Translations under genes and position numbers: made by a program
Notes under the pieces: generated by a model
Told to the model about the DNA's origin: nothing
What the model saw: only the letters and a program-made list of their open reading frames with translations
Databases searched by the model: none
Origin: Patescibacteria group bacterium
Lineage (GTDB): Bacteria; Patescibacteriota; Patescibacteriia; UBA10025; JAHIVO01
NCBI GenBank assembly: GCA_041650915.1
Contig: JBAZKE010000001.1
Coordinates: 43,694 to 107,693, forward strand
DNA: 64,000 bases
Direction of reading: 5' to 3'
Shown here: piece by piece, positions 1 through 7,764 of the stretch
Numbering within the stretch: position 1 is the stretch's first letter
Layout: each line of letters opens with the position of its first letter

Positions 1-103
1 TAAGGCACCGCCCTTCGTGCCGTCCCGCATTTGATGGCAGCGTTGTTTTAATTTACGGTAGTGCGTAAAAATTCACAAAGTACAGTTCTTAGGAGGAATG
101 AGC

Positions 104-301
104 ATGGCTGACGTTGTTCAGATTGCCGATCAACAACTTGAAAGGCCGGAGGATCTGGGCCAGAAAGTGATTGCGATCATCGCCGAATGCTCGAAACCGG
201 GTCGCTCGATCAAGACCGCATTCGGGCCAGTCGGGCAGCTCTTGAAGCAGCATCCGGATCAGGCTGATCTGATTCTCCGTACCGCTTTTCCCCGGTGGTA
301 A
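104..301 (+). CDS. small hypothetical protein (66 aa if started at ATG 104)
   Basis: ORF 98..301 on +. A strong SD-like AGGAGGA at 89-95 sits 8 nt upstream of ATG 104, favouring it over the overlapping antisense 80-aa ORF. No recognisable domain. Confidence 0.35.
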   Translation: MADVVQIADQQLERPEDLGQKVIAIIAECSKPGRSIKTAFGPVGQLLKQHPDQADLILRTAFPRW

Positions 302-458
302 AAAACTACCTGGCACAAAGCGAAGGGGCACGGGCGATTCCGCGCCTCTTTTGTATTGATTTTATTGTATTTTTGTGCTAAACTTACCAATGGTGATCCA
401 ATCAAGCTCATGTTTGTGCGGATCCCCTTCCTCTCTTTGTACAAGGGGGATTATAAGA

Positions 459-520
459 AAGCCCGCACCGCCAATTGTGGAGTACCGTAGGGTAGTTCGC
501 AGCTCGGTGCGGGCTTTTCT
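459..520. terminator. long-loop GC-rich hairpin (AAGCCCGCACCG / CGGTGCGGGCTT) with flanking T-rich tracts on both strands; possible bidirectional terminator
   Basis: 12-bp perfect inverted repeat at 459-470 / 505-516. It is followed by TTTTCT on + and by TTTCTTATAAT on the - strand, downstream of the 523..1416 minus gene. Confidence 0.25.
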
Positions 521-522
521 CG

Positions 523-1416
523 TTATGGGAGCCGCCAGACCGTCACCGCTTTGAATGAGAGCTCTTCGTCGCCTGCAGCCCGGAAGCCGACGGATCCGCG
601 CTTGTGCGCGACCGGGATCGTGAGCGGGTTATTCGTTTTCTGGGTCTCGACGATGTGGTTGAGTATGGCGACATTTGGGATGAGGTAGGCCAGTGCGGCA
701 TCTCCGATCTTAAGGTTGACGTGCTGGCCTTTGACTTCGAGTGAACCGTTTAGCCACGTGCCGATCGGGAAATGGATGGGCTGCCCCACGCCCCTGAGTA
801 TTTGCCAGCTGCCGCTCTCCCGGTAGTGGAAGCGCGCCTGCTGGCCCGGGTTCACCTTGAACATGAGGTAGTTTTCCAAATCGCGCGCCCGGAAAATGAT
901 TCCGAAGCCGCGCTCATTGCTCACCCGGAACGCGAACGCAAGCTTAAAATTTTTCCAGCTCCGCCTGCTGAGCACGCAGCCCGCATCGGAGTCGGTCAGC
1001 ACGAGCGCTCTCTTGTCATCATCGCTCCGGAGAATGCCCTGGAATTTCCAGTCTTTCACGACCCTCGTCGCGTCCCACTCGTACGTGCCAAAACGTTTGT
1101 ACGAAGCCGCGAGCTCTCCGGCAGCCTGGAAGCCGAGGATCAGGAAGAAGGAGAGCAAGATAAACAGGAAGTACACGAGAGACTCAGGTACGTACTCGGT
1201 GATCTCATTGATAACGGCCAGGTGCAGCTTGTTCTCGAGGTAGAAGAGCCCCGACGCGAGGATGGCGGTTAAAAAAAAGTAGAGGAGCGTGACGATAATG
1301 CGGTGGTTGCGGCCGCTGTTCTTGATGTCTTCTGAAAGTTTGACAAGATATTGGAGGTTATTTTCTATCATACGCCCGGTGGTTTCATAGTTGGTCATTG
1401 TATCCTGGAGCCGCAT
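523..1416 (-). CDS. membrane-anchored protein with C-terminal DUF1080 / LamG-like (3-keto-disaccharide-hydrolase-like) beta-sandwich domain
   Basis: 297-aa ORF. Two N-terminal hydrophobic helices. C-terminal half shows DUF1080-like landmarks (W..G..., FKLAFAFRVSNERGFGIIFR, ...GTWLNGSLEVKG..V.L..., GSVGFRAAGDEELSFKAVTVWRL). The overlapping + ORF 772..1272 is rejected. Confidence 0.55.
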   Translation of the reverse strand: MRLQDTMTNYETTGRMIENNLQYLVKLSEDIKNSGRNHRIIVTLLYFFLTAILASGLFYLENKLHLAVINEITEYVPESLVYFLFILLSFFLILGFQAAGELAASYKRFGTYEWDATRVVKDWKFQGILRSDDDKRALVLTDSDAGCVLSRRSWKNFKLAFAFRVSNERGFGIIFRARDLENYLMFKVNPGQQARFHYRESGSWQILRGVGQPIHFPIGTWLNGSLEVKGQHVNLKIGDAALAYLIPNVAILNHIVETQKTNNPLTIPVAHKRGSVGFRAAGDEELSFKAVTVWRLP

Positions 1417-1481
1417 TCTGTCAAGCTGCAGTTTGACGATGTTTTTTCCCGCTGCTATACTGCAGTTACTTTAACAAGCGA

Positions 1482-1612
1482 AACTTATCAAGAGTAAACC
1501 GAGGGTCCTGGCCCGATGACGTTTCAGCAACCGCGAAGCGTCCTGAGCGATGAGCGAAGGACCTCGCAAGGTGCTCCATCCAGCTTCGCCACCGGTGAAG
1601 ATAGATAAGAGG
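1482..1612 (+). promoter_or_regulatory. SAM-I (S-box) riboswitch aptamer in metK leader
   Basis: Matches the SAM-I consensus in order: P1 5' CUUAUCAAGAG ... GAGGG .. CUGGCCCGAUGA ... CAGCAACC ... AAGGUGCUCCAUCCAGC ... 3' P1 GAUAGAUAAGAG. It lies immediately upstream of an S-adenosylmethionine synthetase gene. Confidence 0.75.
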
Positions 1613-1619
1613 TTTCCTC

Positions 1620-1648
1620 AAATCTCTTTATACGGAGATTTTTTTATT
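1620..1648 (+). terminator. riboswitch expression-platform intrinsic terminator (AAATCTC-loop-GAGATTT + U-run)
   Basis: 7-bp stem at 1620-1626 / 1635-1641 with an 8-nt loop, followed by TTTTTTATT. It sits between the aptamer and the metK start, as expected for a transcription-terminating S-box. Confidence 0.45.
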
Positions 1649-1663
1649 CTTTACCTATGACGT

Positions 1664-2824
1664 ATGATTGCCAGAACGCACGGAAAGAGGCTGTTTACTT
1701 CTGAATCGGTCACGGAGGGCCACCCGGATAAAGTATGCGATCAGATTTCTGATGCTATCTATGATGAGATGCTCAGGCAGGATCCGGACGCGCATGCCGG
1801 CATCGAATGTTTTGCCACGACCGGCCTCGTGATGGTCGGCGGTGAAGCGAAAACCACGGCGTATGTTGATATCCAGGAAATCGTGCGCCGGACATTGAAG
1901 CGCATCGGGTACGACAAGCCTGAGTACGGGTTCTGCTACCAAGATATCGGCGTCATCAATACGCTCCACGAGCAGTCGCCCGATATTGCGCAGGGCGTGG
2001 AAGGCACCGGCGATTTCAAAGAGCAGGGCGCAGGCGACCAAGGGCTGATGTTCGGGTATGCGTGCGATGAAACGCCAGAATTCATGCCGCTCCCGATTTC
2101 ACTCGCCCACCAGCTGACCATGAAGCTTGCGGAAGTGCGTAAAAACGGCACATTGCCGTATTTGCGGCCTGACGGCAAATCGCAGGTGACCGTAGAGTAT
2201 ATTGACGGCAAGCCGAAGCGCGTGACGACCGTCGTGATCGCGGCCCACCACGCAGAAGATGTTTCCACGGAAGACCTCCGCAGGGATATCCGCGAGCACG
2301 TCATTGAGCCGGTGCTCGGCACGTTCATGACCGACGACACGGAGGTGTACATTAACTCGACCGGCCGGTTTGTGCTCGGCGGGCCGCCAGCTGATACGGG
2401 CTTGACCGGCAGAAAGATAATTGTCGATACGTACGGCGGGTACGGCGCGCACGGAGGCGGCTGCTTTTCCGGCAAGTGCATCACCAAGGTAGACCGGAGT
2501 GCCTCGTACGCTGCCCGGTACATTGCCAAGAATATCGTCGCAGCAGGCCTAGCGAAGCAGTGTGAGGTTCAGCTCGCCTATTCAATCGGGGTCGCGAATC
2601 CAGTGTCACTCATGGTCAATACGTTCGGTACGGGAACGATCCCCGATGAAAAGATCGAAGAGCTCGTCAAGCGACACTTCCCGATCAAACCCGCCGACAT
2701 CATTGAGCAGCTCAACCTCAAGAAGCCGATCTACGAGAAGACCGCTGCGTACGGGCATTTTGGCAGGACTGACGTGTCTTTCCCGTGGGAGAAAACGGAT
2801 AAAGTTGACGCGCTGAAGCAGTAG
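1664..2824 (+). CDS. metK: S-adenosylmethionine synthetase
   Basis: 386 aa; N-terminal [28 protein letters not shown] and the full-length MetK pattern (GGGAFSGKD-like GGGCFSGK, C-terminal YGHFGR). Confidence 0.95.
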   Translation: MIARTHGKRLFTSESVTEGHPDKVCDQISDAIYDEMLRQDPDAHAGIECFATTGLVMVGGEAKTTAYVDIQEIVRRTLKRIGYDKPEYGFCYQDIGVINTLHEQSPDIAQGVEGTGDFKEQGAGDQGLMFGYACDETPEFMPLPISLAHQLTMKLAEVRKNGTLPYLRPDGKSQVTVEYIDGKPKRVTTVVIAAHHAEDVSTEDLRRDIREHVIEPVLGTFMTDDTEVYINSTGRFVLGGPPADTGLTGRKIIVDTYGGYGAHGGGCFSGKCITKVDRSASYAARYIAKNIVAAGLAKQCEVQLAYSIGVANPVSLMVNTFGTGTIPDEKIEELVKRHFPIKPADIIEQLNLKKPIYEKTAAYGHFGRTDVSFPWEKTDKVDALKQ

Positions 2825-2914
2825 CAGGCCGCAGGCAGTGCCATACGGCGGTTGTTTTGTTATTCCGCTGCTATTTTGATATTATGGTAGAGTATTAACA
2901 GTAATGCATTATAT

Positions 2915-3319
2915 ATGAAAGCAGCAGTCATCATCATTCTCTCGCTCGGCCTGATCGGCGTTGGCGTTTATTTTGCAATCCAGGGGATGAATGGCGAAGG
3001 CGATGGGACGAATACCTTCAGCGCATCGGAGGTCGTGAGCGGTTCGGCTGCATTACAGATTAAAAATCAGGCAGATGAAACGCTCGCAATCGCCAAGGCG
3101 AAGGAGATCTGGCGCGTTCAGTTTTCGCTCGGTGAAGACCTTTCGGACGGCCCCTGCCTGTCAAATAACCTCATTGAGGACTGGGTAGCCGATATTGCGC
3201 ACAATCCGCGTAAAGCGGTCGATGACCTGCCCGAGAACCAGTGTTCTGCGTACCGTGACGGGACGGCTCGCCACTTTGTTGAGCTGGATCCGGAGGGAAA
3301 TGTGATCAGGGCATTGTAG
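2915..3319 (+). CDS. hypothetical small membrane-anchored protein
   Basis: 134-aa ORF with an N-terminal hydrophobic helix (AAVIIILSLGLIGVGVYFAI) and a soluble C-terminal part containing 2 Cys. No recognisable family. Confidence 0.5.
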   Translation: MKAAVIIILSLGLIGVGVYFAIQGMNGEGDGTNTFSASEVVSGSAALQIKNQADETLAIAKAKEIWRVQFSLGEDLSDGPCLSNNLIEDWVADIAHNPRKAVDDLPENQCSAYRDGTARHFVELDPEGNVIRAL

Positions 3320-3380
3320 GAAGCTGCCGTATCAGTAGTTGTGACGCTGCAGCCGCTACTCTGTTCTATGAAACGAAACA

Positions 3381-3701
3381 ATGATCCACGTTTACATTCA
3401 TTATCCGACAATCAAGGAAGCCAGGAGAATATCGCGGCTGCTATTGCAGAAGCATTTGGCCGCCTGTGTTAACTTTATCAGGCAGGAGGACATGTATTGG
3501 TGGCGCGGAAAAATGGTGCAAACGAAAGGGATCGTTACGTTGATTGCCACGCAGAAGAAGTATTTCAGGACGATTACAGCGCTCGTAAAAACCGAACATT
3601 CCTATAATGTGCCGTGTATTGTCGAGCTGCCCGTTGGCCGCGTATTAGAGTCGTATGAGCGATGGTTGATTGACGAGACAAGGAACCCTCGATCTTCATG
3701 A
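3381..3701 (+). CDS. cutA: divalent-cation tolerance protein CutA
   Basis: 106 aa. CutA1-family pattern (HYPTIKEARRISRLLLQKHLAACVNFI..., conserved C-terminal YxxWL). Stop overlaps the downstream start by 4 nt (ATGA). Confidence 0.75.
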   Translation: MIHVYIHYPTIKEARRISRLLLQKHLAACVNFIRQEDMYWWRGKMVQTKGIVTLIATQKKYFRTITALVKTEHSYNVPCIVELPVGRVLESYERWLIDETRNPRSS

Positions 3702-5008
3702 AAGCATGTATTAAAAAATTCGTCCCCAAGCCAGTATTACGCCGGTACCACTGGTCGCTTGCCCGGCTGGGGGCTCTCCTGTACCGGCATCCGTCCAGGA
3801 AGCTGGTCGTTATCGGGGTGACGGGCACCAAGGGGAAGTCAACAACCGCCGCGATGGCAGCGGCGGTGCTCGAGGGCGCGGGTAAGAGCGTCGGATTAAT
3901 CTCGACCATCAAGTTCAAAGTTGCGAAAAAGGAGTGGCCCAATGAGACAAAGCAGACAATGCCGGGCCGTTTTCGGCTGCAGCAGCTGCTCTCGCGGATG
4001 GTATCAGCGGGCTGCACGTATGCCGTCATCGAGACGTCTTCAGAGGGGGTAGCGCAGTACCGGCACCTCGGCATTGATTACGATGTCGCTGTTTTTACGA
4101 ACCTCTCGCCCGAGCACATTGAGGCTCATGGCAGCTACGAACAGTACCGCCACGCGAAGCTTATGCTGTTCCGGGGGCTGCAGGGGAGCTACCGGAAGTC
4201 GGTGGGCGGAGGGCAGGTGCAGAAAAAGATAATCGTGAATGCGGATGACGAAGAAGCTGAACGATTTCTGTCATGTTCATCTGACGAGGAGTGGGCGTAC
4301 GGTTTGAAATCAAGAGTTACGAGTACGCCGAATGCGGTTCGCGCTACCGGCATCGCTGAGAGCGCAGCCGGCGTTTCATTTGAAGCCGCTGGCAGGCTGT
4401 TTAATTTGCACCTGCTCGGCGAATTCAACGTCTATAACGCGCTCGCGGCACTCACCGTTGGCTTGTCTCAGGGCGTCTCCGCTGAGGTTTGCAAGCGGGC
4501 GCTCGAGAATATCCCCATGCTGCCGGGCCGGCTGGAAGAAATAAAGAATAACAGGGGATTCCGCGTATTTGTTGATTATGCGCATGAGCCGGCTTCTCTG
4601 GAAGCGGCGTACCGTACGCTCCGGCGCCTCGATCCGAGCCGGATGATCAGCGTGCTCGGTTCGCAGGGCGGGGGACGGGATAAAGCAAAGCGGCCGCTGC
4701 TCGGGCGGCTCGCGAGCCAGTATACGGATTTCGTCATCGTTACGAACGAGGATCCGTACGATGAAGACCCGCAGCGCATCATCGATGACGTGATGGCGGG
4801 CGCGCTTGATGCCGGCAAGGAGCCCGATCGCAATTGCTGGAGCGTCCTCGACCGGAGAGCAGCACTTGAAAAGGCGGTATCGCTTGCACGCGCGGGAGAT
4901 ATCGTTATCGTTACCGGCAAGGGGAGCGAAACGGTTATGGCTGTGGCAGGAGGCAGAAAAGTGCCCTGGGATGATCGGAAAGAGCTCCGCCAGCTCGTTA
5001 ATGGATAA
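3698..5008 (+). CDS. murE: Mur ligase family protein, MurE-type C-terminal region, lacking the usual N-terminal UDP-binding domain
   Basis: 436 aa. P-loop VIGVTGTKGKSTT at aa ~38. MurE-like C-terminus (DYAHEP..L.....L........VLGSQGGGRDKAKRPLLG.....D.VIVTNEDPYDEDP..I.DDV.AG....DR..A...A..AGDIVIVTGKG.E......DDR). DNPR is replaced by NEDP. Confidence 0.6.
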   Translation: MKACIKKFVPKPVLRRYHWSLARLGALLYRHPSRKLVVIGVTGTKGKSTTAAMAAAVLEGAGKSVGLISTIKFKVAKKEWPNETKQTMPGRFRLQQLLSRMVSAGCTYAVIETSSEGVAQYRHLGIDYDVAVFTNLSPEHIEAHGSYEQYRHAKLMLFRGLQGSYRKSVGGGQVQKKIIVNADDEEAERFLSCSSDEEWAYGLKSRVTSTPNAVRATGIAESAAGVSFEAAGRLFNLHLLGEFNVYNALAALTVGLSQGVSAEVCKRALENIPMLPGRLEEIKNNRGFRVFVDYAHEPASLEAAYRTLRRLDPSRMISVLGSQGGGRDKAKRPLLGRLASQYTDFVIVTNEDPYDEDPQRIIDDVMAGALDAGKEPDRNCWSVLDRRAALEKAVSLARAGDIVIVTGKGSETVMAVAGGRKVPWDDRKELRQLVNG

Positions 5009-7467
5009 TGTTTCAGATGATTGGATCGACTATGGATACCGTAGAGGGTACAGGGCAAGAGAGAACAGCGCCGAGGGTTGCCTGGAATGTGCCGGGCGGT
5101 ATTCTGTTTGGCGTCGTATTCATTTCAGGGGCGGCAGCGCTTATTTATGAAATGCTCTGGATACGCCTGCTCGGGCTCGTGTTCGGAGTGGGCAGCTTCG
5201 CGCTCGCAACGGCTTCCGCTGTTTTTTTGCTCGGCATCGGCATCGGGAGCGCTGTCTTCGGCCGGTATGCTGAAAAAGCGCGGGACGTCATGCGCTCCTA
5301 CGCTTTCCTTGAGGCCGGCATTGCAGCCACCTCCGCAGCCTCATTTTGCTTGCTACATTACACCTCGGTTTTTAACACGATTGCAGGGTACCTGTACGCC
5401 TCGTTTGACTTCTATATGCTCACGATCGCCCGTTTTTTTGTAGCGGTGTTGATTCTGCTCGTTCCTGCGATTGCGATCGGCGGTACGATCCCGCTGCTGT
5501 CGAAGTATTTATTAACGAGCAACCGTACGATCGGCTCGCGTTTCAGCTCGCTGTATTACTGGAATACGTTCGGGGCCGTATGCGGTGTGTTTTTGGCTGG
5601 TTTTGTGCTCATCCGCCAATTCGGCGTGCCCGTAACGTTTTGGATGGCTGCCGCGCTAAATGGCATTGCGGCGGCGATTGTGCTGTTTACGGGGCGGCGC
5701 AGTTCGCCGAAGCTGCCTGCTGCCATACCGCGGAGTACCGGAGAGCAGCCGGACGGAGTCCACGGGGAACGGTTGCTGCTGCCGATACTCTTCGCCACCG
5801 GCTTCATCACGCTCGGCTTTGAAATACTCTGGTTTCGGGTGCTGACGAATTTCGGGTCGGCAACAACGTTTTCGTCAACATTCGTGCTCGGCGGGTTCCT
5901 CGGCGGGCTCGCGCTCGGCGCGTTTTACGTTTCGAGGCGGATAGACCGGATGCAGCAGCCCGTACGCTCGTTCATTCGGTACAGCGTGCTTGCGGGCCTA
6001 GTCGGTGCGTGCATGATTTTTGCATTCAGCCAGCTCCATGACATATTACCGCCTACGTTTGGTACGTATGGGCAGCTCGTCATCGAGTCGATGCTCGGTT
6101 TTATCTTTTCGTTCGTCATCGCGGCAGTGCTCGGGACCCTGTTTCCGCTCGGCGTACGTCTGTATGCGGGAACCGTCAGTTCGATTGGCAGGAAGACCGG
6201 CAGCGCTTACTGGATTAATTCGCTCGGCACTATTGCGGGGAGTGTTATGACCGGTTTTGTGCTGATCCCGTTTTTGGGCGTTAAGTTGGCCGGGATTATT
6301 CTGGTTGCCCTGTGTTTTTGTGTTGGCGCCGTACTCCTCGTGTGCATGCACGTGCAGCGCAGTCGCGCCTGGACGTTTGTCGCCCTGTCGGTCATTGGTG
6401 CCGCATTCCTGCTTATTCTTTCGGGCAGTACGTTTCACCGGCACCCGATCGACGCTCAAGAGCTCTTTTATGCTGAGGGGCTCTCAGCGACGGTTACCGT
6501 GTATGCCGTTGAGAATGGGTTCCGCACCGATAAGTACCTCGAGATTGATGGCCAGGGCGTGGCGGGCACGTACGCGACCGGCGTCATCGACGCAAAAATT
6601 CTCGCGCACCTTCCCCTGCTCCTTACCGACTCTCCGCAGAAGGTCGCGACCGTCGGGTACGGTTCCGGTATCACGAGCTACAGCATGGCACTCCACGGCA
6701 CCGAAGTGTACGCGCTCGAAATTGAGCGGGAGGTGATCGAAGCCGCAGGCCAGTTTCGCGAGTATAACCATTCCGACGAAGCGAACGAGCTGCTTACCAT
6801 CATCGTCGACGACGCCAGAAACTACCTGCAGTATACGGAGGAGACGTTCGACGCGATTGTGACCGACGTTACCAACCTGAAGTACAAGAGCAATGCGTCG
6901 CTCTATACGGTGGACTACTTCCAGGTAATGCGTGATCGGCTCTCCCCGCACGGTGTCGCAGCGGCGTGGGTGCCGCTCGGGGGAGTGTCCCCGTCTGATC
7001 TAAAAATTCTAACTGCGAGTTTTCACGAAGTATTCCCGCACACAACCGTGTGGTACTTTAACCAGGATTGGACAGGCTTCCTCGTCTTTGTCGGCACCCC
7101 GGAAAAACTCGAGATTGACATTACGGAGCTCGAAGGCCGCTTTGAACTTGTGCGAGGGGACCTCGGGTCGATCGGGGTGGAGAGCGCGTATGAGCTCAGC
7201 GCTATGCTCCTGCTCGGGGAAGGCGACGTTGCGTCATACGTTGCCGGTGCGCCGCTGCATACTGACGACCGCCCGATTCTTGAGTTCTCAGACATCAAGT
7301 ACTACGCGCAGTACAGCCCCATGAGTAATTTGCGCGACCTCCTCCTCGTGCAGCAGGAAAATCTTTCCGGGTACTTTATCCTCAATGAGGAGCAGGATTC
7401 CGAGCTGCTGGATACGTTCTATGCGGGGAGAGAATTAATAAAGCACTTTATTGAGGAAAGCAGCTAG
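5008..7467 (+). CDS. polytopic membrane protein fused to spermidine/spermine-synthase-like (aminopropyltransferase-fold) domain
   Basis: 819 aa. About 450 aa with multiple hydrophobic helices, then a spermidine-synthase-like core (VATVGYGSGITSYSMALHGTEVYALEIEREVIEAAGQF...IVDDARNYL...FDAIVTDVTN), then a ~230-aa C-terminal extension. Confidence 0.65.
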   Translation: MFQMIGSTMDTVEGTGQERTAPRVAWNVPGGILFGVVFISGAAALIYEMLWIRLLGLVFGVGSFALATASAVFLLGIGIGSAVFGRYAEKARDVMRSYAFLEAGIAATSAASFCLLHYTSVFNTIAGYLYASFDFYMLTIARFFVAVLILLVPAIAIGGTIPLLSKYLLTSNRTIGSRFSSLYYWNTFGAVCGVFLAGFVLIRQFGVPVTFWMAAALNGIAAAIVLFTGRRSSPKLPAAIPRSTGEQPDGVHGERLLLPILFATGFITLGFEILWFRVLTNFGSATTFSSTFVLGGFLGGLALGAFYVSRRIDRMQQPVRSFIRYSVLAGLVGACMIFAFSQLHDILPPTFGTYGQLVIESMLGFIFSFVIAAVLGTLFPLGVRLYAGTVSSIGRKTGSAYWINSLGTIAGSVMTGFVLIPFLGVKLAGIILVALCFCVGAVLLVCMHVQRSRAWTFVALSVIGAAFLLILSGSTFHRHPIDAQELFYAEGLSATVTVYAVENGFRTDKYLEIDGQGVAGTYATGVIDAKILAHLPLLLTDSPQKVATVGYGSGITSYSMALHGTEVYALEIEREVIEAAGQFREYNHSDEANELLTIIVDDARNYLQYTEETFDAIVTDVTNLKYKSNASLYTVDYFQVMRDRLSPHGVAAAWVPLGGVSPSDLKILTASFHEVFPHTTVWYFNQDWTGFLVFVGTPEKLEIDITELEGRFELVRGDLGSIGVESAYELSAMLLLGEGDVASYVAGAPLHTDDRPILEFSDIKYYAQYSPMSNLRDLLLVQQENLSGYFILNEEQDSELLDTFYAGRELIKHFIEESS

Positions 7468-7605
7468 CTGTCCAATAAAAGGTCTTTTTTGTGGATAACC
7501 TGTGTTTTTGAACATTAGAGTGATTTTTTTTATATCCGCGAGTAAGGTGAAAATATTGCTAGTATTAGCTAAATAATTACATATTTCTTTTTTCAGCAGT
7601 ATTTC

Positions 7606-7634
7606 TTGACATCGCATCAGAGTTTTGTTACACT
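7606..7634 (+). promoter_or_regulatory. candidate sigma70-type promoter for rpoB (TTGACA-17-TACACT)
   Basis: Perfect -35 TTGACA at 7606-7611, a 17-nt spacer, and TACACT at 7629-7634, inside the ~300-nt AT-rich intergenic region upstream of rpoB. Confidence 0.35.
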
Positions 7635-7764
7635 CCATAGCACTATATTCCTAAGTGGAAAACGTCTAAACATTTTAATGACGTTGTCGAACAATAAATT
7701 AGGTCACTAAGTTTTTTTATTTTTCGCGCTCTTATCCTAGCTGGGATTGAGAGAGGGTTTTTTT

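Noticed and set aside
89-331. 80-aa minus-strand ORF overlapping the 104..301 + ORF
   Set aside because: Only the + strand ORF is preceded by a well-spaced AGGAGGA. Neither has a recognisable family, so only the + one is reported, at low confidence.
772-1272. 166-aa + strand ORF (and 115-aa ORF 896..1243)
   Set aside because: Embedded antisense in the 523..1416 minus-strand gene, which has coherent TM helices and a DUF1080-like domain. The + ORFs are Arg/Glu-rich with no features.
7468-7764. Possible tRNA or small RNA in the ~300-nt AT-rich rpoB upstream region
   Set aside because: No T-loop GTTCRANYC / acceptor-stem pattern or cloverleaf-compatible pairing was seen. The region is better explained as promoter plus structured leader.
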